Notes: generated from the sequence alone by a model not told the origin. DNA of 64,000 nucleotides from Antedon mediterranea (GCF_964355755.1 NC_092677.1:26337175-26401174); one strand, 5' to 3'. Counted from the first letter of the stretch, positions 38,501-50,045 are shown. Numbers and translations are program-made.

Positions 38501-40507
38501 ATTTGATGGGATTTTTCCCATGAAAACTCGTCTTGCTTCTCCGCAAATCAAACATTGAATGGATCATTTAATATTACGCGGAGATAATTTGATTTAATTC
38601 CCACCCAGACCCTGTTCTGTGTAGTGGTGTAGCCCTGTCTGCCTGCCGGTGGTGGTATGTAGGCCTACCTTATTGGCGCGCGTTTTATTTGGCAGGTCAT
38701 ACGTGCGAATTGAGTAGGACCTACGAAGGAGGCCTAGGCTAAGGACTAAACAATTAATAGACAAAACAACTTGGCAACACGATTTCATATTTCAACAGTC
38801 TCGATCGTACATTCAGCACTGTACGTACTCGATCTTTTTCATTTGAAACAAAATGATTATTGGTTGATTCGAAATCCATATTTACATACCATATAGCCAA
38901 ATACGGTATGATAACCTACGTCATTTATCGGATGTTTGCGGTCTGCAAATCGATTTCTATACGTGTTTCACAAGTCTGTATTTTCAGACAAAAATCGGAG
39001 TCGAAATATAAACAAATAAATAAAAATAAAAAACAATACAGACTTGGGGCAAGCTTAGTACATCATTAAAGCAAAAAAGAAACAAAATCATGCATGATAT
39101 TAAAAAAAAAAGTAATTGAAACATGCAACAAAGAACTTGATCAGAAAAGTTTGGATATCGACAAAGCGATAAGGGGCGCCCAAATGTTTAAAGCAGTGAA
39201 AGATCTTAATAGAAAACCATTCGAAAATCCAAAAGTGTTTGATGCTAACAAAAAGTTTATTGCCTCACCAAATGGAATAGCGAAAGTAATTGGCAATCAC
39301 TTCGAAAACAAATTTTACGACGGAAGCAAACGAAATATAGATTCATTTTAGGGAAATCCTAGGCCATTAAATAAAGAAATCAGTGAAGAGGAAGTAACCA
39401 AGTGTCTTTTGCTATATTTGACTTTAAAGTATTGGAATTTATAACATAGATTTAAATTTGTATCCGTGTTTGTCGACAGGACCACAATGTAAAACAGGTA
39501 TATTTCTACTTGATTGTGTATAATCCTGTATAAATATGTTGTTAAATAAAAAATAAATAATTAAAAAACATAAAACACACATTATTTGTATATACTATAC
39601 TAACATAATGACACAAATTGTTTTAATTCAGAAAGTTAACTGTGGAAGTGAGATTACACTTAAAGATGTTCAAGATTTACAATTTGAAACAAATGACGAT
39701 GATAAAGATTTCTTAGATGCTGCTAAAAGACTGGTCTGCGAGACACCAGCGGGGGTTCTTAAAGATGCAGAAATTGAAATACCGACTTATTATTCAACAT
39801 ACTCCCTGTATGCAGGAAACAAGACTAATAAATTTGTAGTGTTTAGAGAAGAAGATGGGTCAATTAAGATTAACAAGAGAACAGGAAAAAAGGTAATCAG
39901 GTATTTTGTTTTATAGCATGGCAGAATGTTAACTAAAATGTCCATCGTCATCAACTGTGAATGAATATGGTTTAATAATACATTGTTTGTTTTAATCAAT
40001 TAAATTAAATGAATTGATATTGTTGTTTCACCATCCTATCGATAAAATATAAAAATATGAAGTATATATAATATCACAACTTGTATACTACCATAATCGA
40101 GTACATAAACAGTAATTATGATTTTAAAACAGGGGCCGGTCAAGATTGATTGTGGAAGTGTGATTACACTTAAGGATGTTCAACAATTAAACGCTAAAAT
40201 AAATGACGATGAGAAAGATTTCGTTGATGCTACAAAAAGACTGATTTGCGAGACAGAAAATTGGGTTCTGAGAGATGCGGAAATTGAAATAACGACTAAG
40301 GATCATAGTATATACAAATTGTATGCAGGGAACAAGACTAATAGGTTTGCAGTGTTTAGAGACGAAAATGGGTCAATTAAGACCTCACAAAAGGAACGGA
40401 GTTGGTGGAAGTTGATTTATGACGGGTGTCGTTGGGTTAGAGATAAGATCACCCCGCTTGCACAGCTGCTTAGTGATACTACTAGATTAGCTATCCAGTG
40501 GTGGTAG
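32586..40507 (+). CDS. Family A copy A3, ~471 aa, five tandem A-domains plus WW tail. Exons 32586-32594 (MPK), 34547-34792, 34898-35158, 35442-35705, 39632-39892, 40133-40507
   Basis: Each exon is bounded by AG/GT and phase 0, with lengths 9, 246, 261, 264, 261 and 375. No stops. The CAAC-ATG-CCA-AAG start context is conserved at 47016 and 55905. Confidence 0.85.
33001..33037 (-). ncRNA. Minimal type I hammerhead ribozyme of a Penelope-like element end (duplicate at 56320-56356, damaged copy at ~45012)
   Basis: Minus strand reads GCA-CTGATGA-A-GGGC-TAGTGTT-GCCC-GAAA-GC-TC-TGC: intact core, stem II, palindromic stem III and stem I GCA/TGC. Confidence 0.75.
33242..33313 (-). tRNA. tRNA-Asp(ATC)-like gene or tRNA-derived repeat head
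   Basis: Acceptor stem GCCCCAG/TTGGGGC, D-arm GTC..GAC, anticodon arm TCTGC-ATATCAA-GCAGG, T-arm CCGAG-TTCGAGT-CTCGG, discriminator G, then a TTTT run. Flanked by TA-rich microsatellites. Confidence 0.7.
33516..34360 (+). mobile_element. Highly decayed LINE RT remnant in intron 1 of A3 (duplicate at ~57790-58630)
   Basis: Residual DL.KAF.VINH..INKLNAYGITG and YGNIIWAA motifs. Confidence 0.55.
35718..39417 (-). mobile_element. RTE-clade LINE with 5' inversion and 14-bp TSD, in intron 4 of A3 (duplicate at 59989-63727)
   Basis: TSD GTCTTTTGCTATAT at 35718-31 and 39404-17. RT and C-terminus lie on the minus strand at 35744-37215 (QSGFRKGRST, GTPQGDSLSP, RWRLLGHILR, RGRPR). APE and linker lie on the plus strand at 37220-39402 (VFAPN, GDFN, SDHR). 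Confidence 0.9.
38121..39057. mobile_element. Non-autonomous DNA element nested in the RTE, with 9-bp TSD GTACATCAT, AcademH-like (duplicate at 62413-63364)
   Basis: The TSD flanks both ends, and removing the element restores the RTE frame (KSEIERTSLKQKRNKIMH). It starts TAGTCTAG..CCAGAC, and the ends are only weakly inverted. Confidence 0.65.
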
Positions 40508-41965
40508 ATAAGTATTTGAGCCACATATTTAAATCCGCGCCTGGCTACAAAAGCGGTTTTGTGGTTTTAAGAAGTAATTCCCAGTGGTTTTCCTTGTCTT
40601 TGCGAGTTTTGTCGCCTACATATTCTTTTTTTAGTTTTTAAATCGCCCATGATAATAATGACCTCTTTTTCTTTTTTTTTTAAACTAATGAGTTTTATTT
40701 TTATTATAATCTAAAATGTTTATGAAATTGAAAAAAAACCACCATTCTAAACCCCCATTGTTGAATTCTATAGTCATTAGAATAACATGAGATGTACAGT
40801 TGAAATACACTATAATTTATCAATGGCATGTTATACTTTATTAGAATGGAAAGTAGAGATATATATATACACAAAATATTTCAACTTTCAAAAAGTGATA
40901 GATTTGTTATGTATTCAATACCGTACATTGTCCGTGATATAATAGATATATGTTAGGTCGTTCTTCACAACATTGTTAGATTATAGAGTCACCAATCACA
41001 AGTAAAAATTGTTATAAATTCCATGTAATTATGTAGTAAGTATTACGGTTTAATAGCTTTACGTTCAATCGATAGTTTTCGTAAACGTACATTAATTTGT
41101 TCTTTTTATGGTATAATATTGTTTATTCTATAAGTTTATTCTTCTTGGACACGTGACACGACACGTTACGTGACACGAGTATTGTAAGTCTTATTAGTAT
41201 GTTGCTGTTTGTTACATATTTAGAAATTAGCCCTACAATAAGCTTAATGTGGTTGAATAAATTGTTGCAAAAAAATAGCCTATTACTTCTACTAAATTAA
41301 TTGTGTATACACTGAGTTCCATACGTAGCACATAGGAAAAACAGGCCATAGAAGGGATGAAAAGCGAAACAGTTGGAATCTATGCAATAGCATCAGCTTT
41401 TTTGTTATCCACTTTGAAGAAGCCTATTCATTTGTTGTTTATATTTGATTTCTCATCATTCAGTTAATAATTGTATTACTGCGTTGAGTCTGTGCAGCAG
41501 ACATTCCAAAATAAATTGGGGAGGGGAACAATAACCCTAAAGTCCACCACTTAGAATGGTTAGACACAACAAACCCTGTTGCCTCCTATTAATAATACAA
41601 GGCCTCGTCAAAGGTTCAGGGGTTGGAGCTAGGGGTAGAAAGATTCACTGATAAACGTGCACTAATGATCTGAGGATATTTGTACGAATTTAATTCAAAT
41701 TTGTTTTAGACTAATTCGCGTAAAAAACAAAATAGGAAGATTTAGAAATGATACGATCTTTATGATAATTAATTCAGTCTTGTGAATTATTGCGACAACC
41801 AACTTCGGCTAAAATTTTGCGGTGAGTCGATACCGGTATAATTAACATAATAACATAGTGTGCCACCTTTTTCGTTAATTTGTACAAGGGTCCGGTCGTG
41901 GAGCAAAAGTAATAGGGACTTTACAAAACTGCTATAATATACAAATAATAATGAATGTTTATGAG

Positions 41966-42087
41966 TGTAATGGTACAAAATAAAGGCATGAGATGAATGA
42001 TGAAAGGTTACATATCAACGAGGCGACAGCCGAGTTGATATTTAACCTTTCATCATTCACTAAATGCCATTATTTGTACCATTACAC
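41966..42087. repeat. Imperfect palindrome (hairpin MITE core)
   Basis: GTGTAATGGTACAAA..GATGAAAGGTT..ATATCAAC / GTTGATAT..AACCTTTCATC..TTTGTACCATTACAC. Confidence 0.75.
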
Positions 42088-43966
42088 GAATATACAACAT
42101 TCATTATTTATATAACATCTAAATAGATTCCTGTCATTTGAATAAAATAAAAGGTAGGCTAGCAGCCAAGGCCTACATTGATTAAAAAAGTAACATTTGG
42201 TTACAGGACCCCGTGACACAACCGTAGGATTAACGAGAGGGGGTTTCCAACATTCATGGTAAATGACACCCACCTCCCACTATAATCTAGTTGTCCCCGG
42301 AAATGACACTCGTCATGTATCGCAGCAATCAGCAAAACGATTGTACCTTCGGACCTGCGGACATTGTTTTGTTTTGATTTGCGTTCAATGCGTAGTCAGT
42401 ACAGTTATATATTGTTTAAAAAAGGTTTAAAAAAAGACGCTAAAGCCTGATTAGCACACGCCTAAACCCGCGCCTCCTGGCGCTACGAAAGTGGCAATCG
42501 AGTTGCGTAGCACCGACGACAGGGTTGAGTTTGAAGAGGGTTTAGAAAGGGTTTCTCCATCCCGAACGTAAGACAATATTGAAAAAAAAACACGAAGTGC
42601 TTACAAACTGTTATAGTACAATCTTAATTGCAAGATATTGTTTTCATCACATTATTACAAATGTTACACAATTTATATTTAGAAAACTCCTCTCTACGGA
42701 TCTTTTTCGACGAACTTTGATCAGAACGCTCGAAATGAACATCTGACCCCGCAGTAGATGCACGTGCGGAAAACGTACGTGGTACTATGTTGTATCAACC
42801 TGAGATATACACTCTACAGTCGGGTGAATAACTCAATGTGATCGCCGTGTCTATAACACATTTCACAATGGCCGCCATTATGGACAATTTTCTTTTATGT
42901 TTATGGCATTAAAAGATGTTATCGAGATAGAAATTCAATCATAAGTAACAATAAATGTTCAACTAATATTTCACATCATTTGTGTAACAGAACAAGTTTA
43001 ACGTTAGAAAATGTCGACCCAATATAGTAATTTGTCTCAGGTTGCACCGACAAATGCTAAACCCAATGATCCGGTAATTTCTATTGTCATATTGGAATAA
43101 CATGAGTTGAAATAAACATAATATCTAGAAGACTTGCATTGTAAATGTTATGCTTCATTTAGAATAGAAAGTACACACACACAATACGTGCGATGGTTGA
43201 TTTCTTTATAATGTGTATTCAATATCGGACATTGTTATGTAAAGAATCGCTCACAACCTAGTAACGGTTCATTACTATTATTATTTCAATATAGACACAT
43301 AACTACACGATTTAGGAATGATACGTAATTTATAGTAATTATTTAATTTGATCATGTTATAAAACCGATTTCGGCTAAAATCTTGCGGTGGAGCTGATAC
43401 CGATATGAACAAAAAAGTAAATAAATAAAATGGTACCTACTTGTTTATTAATTCTATAACTGGGTCGTAGAGCAAAAGTACTGATGATTTTCTAAGCATT
43501 TTTTTATTCTAGGGCACCGGAGGTATAGTAGAGCGATTGATTACAGTTTTGTTAATAACAAATAAGTTTGATTTTGATGATGATATGATGGTAACAGGTA
43601 AGTTTACAGATACGTTGATATGAAGTTTGCGGTACACCACCACGACGTTTATTTTTAGAACTATATTATTATACGTGGTGTGTCGCAAACTTTATAACAA
43701 CATATGAATTGGTTTCTAAACATTTTCTTGACTTCATGCTATGGTGAAAGAGCAAGGTCCGTTAGACAAATTATTAGGTCTAATCAACAATTATTCATAA
43801 TTATTACAATTACTGACATTTTAACAGCTGTTTTCAAGGAATGTAGTTAATGACTCGTGTATTTCTTAGTTAAATAAACACTGAAAGGATTATAAACATG
43901 GATCTCAGAATTATAGTGACGCAGAACATAATTCAACAGTTAATGTATCTTTTGTATTGGGCCGGT

Positions 43967-46421
43967 TTAAGATATTATACATCTAGATGTATATCTTTCA
44001 TGTATATGGAACTCTCCCTTCGAGTCCACATAACCTGTAACCTCTTTCTCCTGATCTGTTTCTCCAGATGAAATGTGAAATGAAGAATTACCCTGACCGT
44101 AAAGAGATAGTTTTACGTTCTTGTAACTGGTTGCTTTATCAGTCTCTAACTTGGTCATGAACGCTTGTAGTAGTCTTCGTAGTCCAGTCTGTTCTTTCGT
44201 TTGTTGAGCGCCCTCATTTCCACAAAGTTTGAGTATGATATTTGCAAGTGTACGTTTGTTTATTTCATCGACTATAAACTGATAAAAACAATTAGTAGTA
44301 GTTATGAATCATTTCAATGACTGTGACGTCACAGAAAGTCTTAGCCACATGCATCTATAATATTCATCTCGGATTGATATTACTTTTTTAAATCCAGAAA
44401 ATTAAATGTTCGTTGATAAAATAATTGTCACGGAGTAATATAAAATTACTTTATGTCTCACTTTTGATTAATATAGACTTTTTCCAAAAGTCTTAAGTTT
44501 AAAATTAAGGAACAAGAAATCGACTGATTAGTCTACTTAAGTTTATTTCAAAATAAACACTCTTTAAACGCCTGGCTGCTCTCCAGTGAAAAGAATTATC
44601 AAAACGTACAAATGATATTTATTTTATTTATTCACATAATATACCTACCATGACTTCTTCGCGGTGTTTATCATTCAGGTGAACCATTACAGCAAACTTC
44701 TTCGCACAGCTGCTATTAAATGTAACTTGTTCTCCATTCAAGCCACAAAATATTAGCTTTATGTTAGAAAAACCTTTTTCTCGAAACGAACTTGTGAAAT
44801 CTTTCCAGTAGGATAGATGATTGGTCCAATCTTGAACTGGTAGGTTTAATGTCTCAAAGTCGATTTCAGTAGGCCTGTCACGTAGGTCAACAGAAGATAA
44901 GTCTTCAAAAACACGAGACATACATCTGTGACTTTCTTCGTTGGCAAGACAAGAACAATCTGGAAGGTCCACAATCAACTATAAAATACAATGTATATCA
45001 ATTCAGAGAAACACTGATGAAGGGTTAGTGCAATTTTTCGTTCTGGCTGTTTCACTTTATCGTTTTGGTTTAGCTTTTTGCATATTTTATTTGTATCTCC
45101 ATTGAGGTTCAAACACATTTTTTCAGTAATATGTCTTTTGAATTTAATTCAGAGAAAAACATTTTAATATGTCATATGAAAAATGATCAATGTGATTAAA
45201 GTTAACTTTTAGTAGGCTTTGTATTCAACCTAACTATTATCAATGTCATGAAAAATAGTAGGCCTAGTAATGTACTTATTAAATAATAAGTTCTTATAAG
45301 CCTTTTATATCGGTAAAATATAAGATTTGACAACCTCTTGAGAATGATATTATGTTCTCGAGAAATATATTTCCTCGAACAAAATATCATTCCCTCGGGG
45401 ATGTCAAAACTTATATTTACCCTCTAAGCAGTCAATATCTGTATAATAATGTACTGTATAAGAAGTATATTACATTGGTATTTACTATCCATGTGTTTAT
45501 CGTCACCTCCAACGTGTACTCGGCAACAGTAGCTTCACAACAACGGGGAGGCCTACTCCATTGAATGGTACCAACGCTCGTCTTTCCATGACTTTTTGTT
45601 GCAAGAAAATCTGCGCATGCGTTTGCAAATTGACGTTGTGTTTGTATGGCTTCATTATTCGTTTGAACGTTTGTTTGTTGAAATATATCATCTACAACAG
45701 ATTTCAGTTTCTTGATACTGAATTCATTTTTTTGCTGGGAGAAAAGATGAATCGAATTTCATTACGCCTGAATGAACATTCTATATACATTTTTACATAC
45801 ATCTTTACATACATTGATAAAAACTCATACGTTATAGTGTAGAAACTAACACAAATTAGTATGTATTATACATACATTAATGAAACAGAATGTCGCAGTT
45901 TATAGTGAATTTATAGTAGATACCGTATATGCCCAGCATTTTATTCAGTCTCTGGAAAAAACCGCTGACAAAAATATATAGCCATTATTATTATTGGGCC
46001 ACCGGTACGTAAATTATGTTTTTTACCGAAGACCGGTTTTACCGAAGAAATATGATTATTTTTATAGACTAAATACTTTATTATTGTTGAAATAAACATC
46101 CTACTACTTAAATCTCAATCTACCTATAAGCTCCATAAATATCTAACAGTATAGCCTAATAAACAATTCATTTAAAAATGCTCATCTACCGATTTGAAAC
46201 AGGAACCACACTAGCTATATATATCACACTGAATGAGTACTGTATTGATATTACCAGTACATGGACGTGACACATGGGCCGTTCGGACAGATTACCGGCT
46301 AAGTTCCGGCCGTTCCTATCCACTAAAGTTAGCCTAATGAAAGTGAGTAAATTATGAATAGGCCTACCATTGATTCGGTGTCTCCCGTGGAAATCCACCA
46401 CTGACAAACATTTGCTGCCAT
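43967..46421 (-). CDS. Family B copy B3, ~318 aa, CaaX (CIIS). Exons 46421-46368, 45734-45474, 44978-44649, 44278-43967
   Basis: Phase-0 GT/AG introns at the same positions as in B2. Reads MAANVCQWWISTGDTESM|QKNEFSIKKL...QFANACADFL...CEATVAEYTL...|LIVDLPDC...|FIVDEINKRT...RCIIS*, with no stops. Confidence 0.8.
45300..45445. mobile_element. Palindromic MITE, partial copy. Fuller copy at ~57595-57785
   Basis: AAATATAAGATTTGACA..GAATGATATT / AATATCATTCCCTCGGGGATGTCAAA..CTTATATTTA at both loci. Confidence 0.75.
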
Positions 46422-47015
46422 CATCTAGGCCTAGCCAGCTGCTGAACTTACATACAAGAGATACAGTATACAGTATAATCAGAAAGAGTTGACCTGTTGA
46501 ATGAAGTTATGTGCACCACCAACAATAGGTTGACGTCACTTCATTTACATTTAAAGATTGGAAATTCCAATAAGAATATTTTAGAAAAGCAAACAGTCGG
46601 TTTCCAAGCATTTGGTTGGTAAGTATGGTTAATACCCTTGAAATATTTTAGGTTTACTTACCACCACTAAAATTTTACCGTATAAATATAAATCCTAGCT
46701 ACTAGCTGCAGAATTTCGTAGTAAAAAAGGTGTCTTTGATGACAACAATTTAATATAACAAAACCTGGAATTACCAAGCCGACGATCGAGAGAGCTTCGT
46801 ACTGCTGGAACGATTGGTGTGTAGGCCAAATTACGTGTGCGTGGTTTGTTTCCGACCATCAGAATGGAAGGTGTTTCGTTGCAAAGTGAAACATGGTAGG
46901 CCTTAAAAGTTTTAAGTTTGGTGGAAATTAAAAAGAAAAGCTACTTCTTATTTTTGGTTTAGGTGAAGCCGCATATTTGGTTGGTGTTCTACATTCTCTA
47001 TAACATAAACTCAAC
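46422..47015. promoter_or_regulatory. Candidate bidirectional promoter between B3 and A4
   Basis: 594 bp separate the divergent ATGs. Motifs: TGACGTCA (CRE) at 46531, TTGGAAATTCCAA (kB-like) at 46558, GGAATTACC at ~46767, AAAGTGAAAC (IRF-like) at 46883. Confidence 0.5.
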
Positions 47016-47580
47016 ATGCCAAAGGAGGTACGGGTAAACATATTTTTGTAGTAAAATTATTGTCCACTATATATTATAATGTTTCGCACTCGGTATTCAT
47101 AACAACTAAAGTACGTAACAATGCTTTTAAAAAGGTTTAAGTTACCAGGGCATTAGGTACACCGGCAGGTTATTTAAGAAAAAAAGATAACAGTGATTGT
47201 TTTTTTAAATTTGAAGTGAACAAATAAAGTATTCATCATTCCAAATCCAAGGGAATATATAAAGGATATAATCGTATTAACAAAAATACCATTTAATGTA
47301 TTCAAATATTGTTTTTACACAGGTTGATATTGATTGTGGAAATGAGATTACCCTTGGAGATGTACAGAGTTTAATCTATAAAATAGATGAAAATTTAGTT
47401 GATGGTACCAAGAGACTGGTTTGCAAGACAGAAAAGTGGGTTCTTAAAGATGCAAAAATAATTATAGCATCTGAGCCACTATACTCATTGTTTGCAGGGG
47501 ACAAGGCTAATGTATTCACAGTGTATAAAGAAAAAGACGGGTCAATTAAGACTGGAAAAAAAAGGCGCATGGTTGGTTGA
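47016..47580 (+). CDS. Family A copy A4, single domain. Exons 47016-47027 (MPKE) and 47323-47580. The tail is frameshifted at an A8 run (possible pseudogene or sequencing error)
   Basis: GT/AG phase 0. Reads VDIDCGNEITLGDV...YSLFAGDK...DGSIKTGKK. The shifted frame continues AHGWLKWFYDACVWV, homologous to A3 ERSWWKLIYDGCRWV. Confidence 0.7.
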
Positions 47581-47824
47581 AATGGTTCTATGATGCATGT
47601 GTCTGGGTTTCGATTAGAGACATACTGAGCATCATACTTTTGTTTTCGTCTAGTAAGAAAGCTATCAAAAATTAATAAAAATAATAATAGAACAAACATC
47701 AACATATTTAATAATAAATCAATCATGGTTGTTATTATCGAAATAGGTTATACTTTTTTTCAAAATGTCATGCTGAGATAGATAAAAATAGTTTAAAAAA
47801 TCAATGTTCAGGCCTACAATCAAT

Positions 47825-48660
47825 ATAACACAGGAAAATAATAATAGGCCTACATTACAAATTTACTCAATTATTTGTAAATATCATATCTTCACCATTT
47901 TTTGTATGGACAGTGTGGCTTGCTATATTTGGATTAAAGTACAATTTGATTACACTAGTTATTAGTTATAATGTATCACCATTGATTCATTAATCATTAT
48001 TGCGTCGCAAGCTCTGATGTTGTTTTCTTAACATGGTGAAAGAGCAAGGTCCACAGCTGAACTAATACTTCAGCTTATAAGGTGGAATATTATCTGATAA
48101 CTGTATAGGCCTTTACATAGCCTTTTTTAAACCATTTATAACCACCATTTTAGACATTTGCATTGTTTTAGATTGTTTATAACATTTTTCCTTCGTTTTA
48201 ATTGTGAGTCCCAAGTTTTAACTTTCTGTATTGTAAGTTGATTATGACCGAATAAATGAATGAATGAATGAATGAATGAATGAATAGTATTAGCGGACGC
48301 TTTAAATGTATATTATATAAAAATGTAGTAACCTTAATAATAATCATTTAATTTCATTAATTAATTTTGTATTCATTCAAAAGAGAAATATCATTTTTTT
48401 AAATATAAACGTTGATCAAACTGATTCACTGACTTGTTTTCATTTACTTATGACAGTTGACATCAACGAATACAATAAACGATACATTCATATTTATTAG
48501 TTTATAGGCCACAATGTTGGGTTTTTATAAAGATATGTTGTACTCCTAAACAAATTTTGTTTCAAATTTTTTTAATATGCCATTTTAATGTCACGTAATA
48601 GTTATTCACTTTGACCGAAAACTGGATAAAAAAAAAATTTACCTAAAAAAATGTAATTTA
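47825..48660 (-). repeat. Inverted copy of the sequence in B intron 1 (28290-28865 and 51630-52175)
   Basis: For example TTACAAATTTACTCAATT, TGTATGGACAGTG and GGTGAAAGAGCAAGGTCCACAG are reverse complements of segments at 28690-28855. Confidence 0.8.
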
Positions 48661-50045
48661 AAACAAAAAATGCTGTCTGTCAGATTACTCAAACTCAAAT
48701 GTTACAGTAGGTGGAGGTATGCAACCTATTGTTTTGGTACCGAAACAAATTTAATGGGTCACGAAATGTACGTTAATGTTATTATTTATTTAAATAGATA
48801 TCCTACTAAGTAGTAGTACACAAAGTACTGTATTATATTTTTCTGCTCAAAAAAAAAAATCAGTAATTTTTGTAAATTTTAGTTTTTCACATATTGTTTC
48901 TAATATACAGAAAAATGTAGAATATTAACGGAAAACAATATAATTAAAGAAAGAACATATGAAGACAGATATTACTGATTTATTTGTAATGTATTTAATT
49001 ATGATATGAAAGAATAGAGGTGGTGGTTCACGCCACAAAAGAGAAAAAAAAGTACTGTATTATTAATTATTAATTTCATCAACTTCAAAATGCACTATGG
49101 TGAAAATAAACATTTAATATCAGGGGCGGTCGCATGAATATTTTAATGGGGTTGCCTAAAGAGTAGGCCTACAGAGCGGTAGACAGTAGTATTTGAGCCA
49201 CAGTCCCCATGGTAATACACGAACAATAGAAATGTCTACATTCAACTGCAAACACAATGTAACAAACCAAAAAATATGTGTGAATGATTAAGCTAACGGG
49301 ACGAAGTTGAAAACTAGATACAATATTTAGGTTGCCACCAGCGACAGACCTCATATCCGACGCACATATTTTACTCACTGTTTCAACAAACGCAAAGATT
49401 GTAACATTTAAACACTTAGCTTAGTATAATTGAACAAAAAGTCTAATTATTACAAATGGATCAAATATATCATACACATTTATCTCTGATTGGATATGAT
49501 CATATATCATGATACTACTTGACTGTCATTCAGTCAAGATATAAAAAATGGTTTTAGAACACAATTTTTGATTTCATCGCTGTAGGTTTTCACAGTGTAG
49601 TCAACAAGTTGTCACAGTGTCTTCAAACACACCTAAATCACATCTAAACACAGCCAACCTGGTGTATACTGTATCCCATGTGAATGTGGAAAGGTATACA
49701 TTGTGGAAACTGGACGCGACCTTCAAACCAGGCTCAAAGAACATCAAGGCCATGCCAGAAGAGGAGAGCAAGACAAATCATCAATAGTTATGCATTCTCA
49801 CAAACACGGGGAAAGCTAAAATTAGCTTAAATGCGCATTTTAGGGTGGAATTACAGGGTTACCATATCTTGAAAACTAATAGGGGCGCTGCTTCAAACTA
49901 GTAAAGCTAATCCTAGCAACAACTAACATGTCGCTGCCAGATGGTGTTGATAACAAATCGAAACGTCGCACACGCACGTACTACTTTTGGTTTCACGTAA
50001 AGGTATTGTATACATATATATCCTTTAATTATATTTCGAAAATTT

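Larger units (their letters stand above)
25360..39690 (+). repeat. Copy 1 of a ~14-15 kb near-identical segmental duplication (B2 + promoter + A3). Copy 2 is ~48743 to beyond 64000
   Basis: Colinear ORFs in the track at an offset of ~23.3-24.3 kb. Shared breakpoint sequence AAACAAATTTAATGGGTCACG. Confidence 0.96.
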
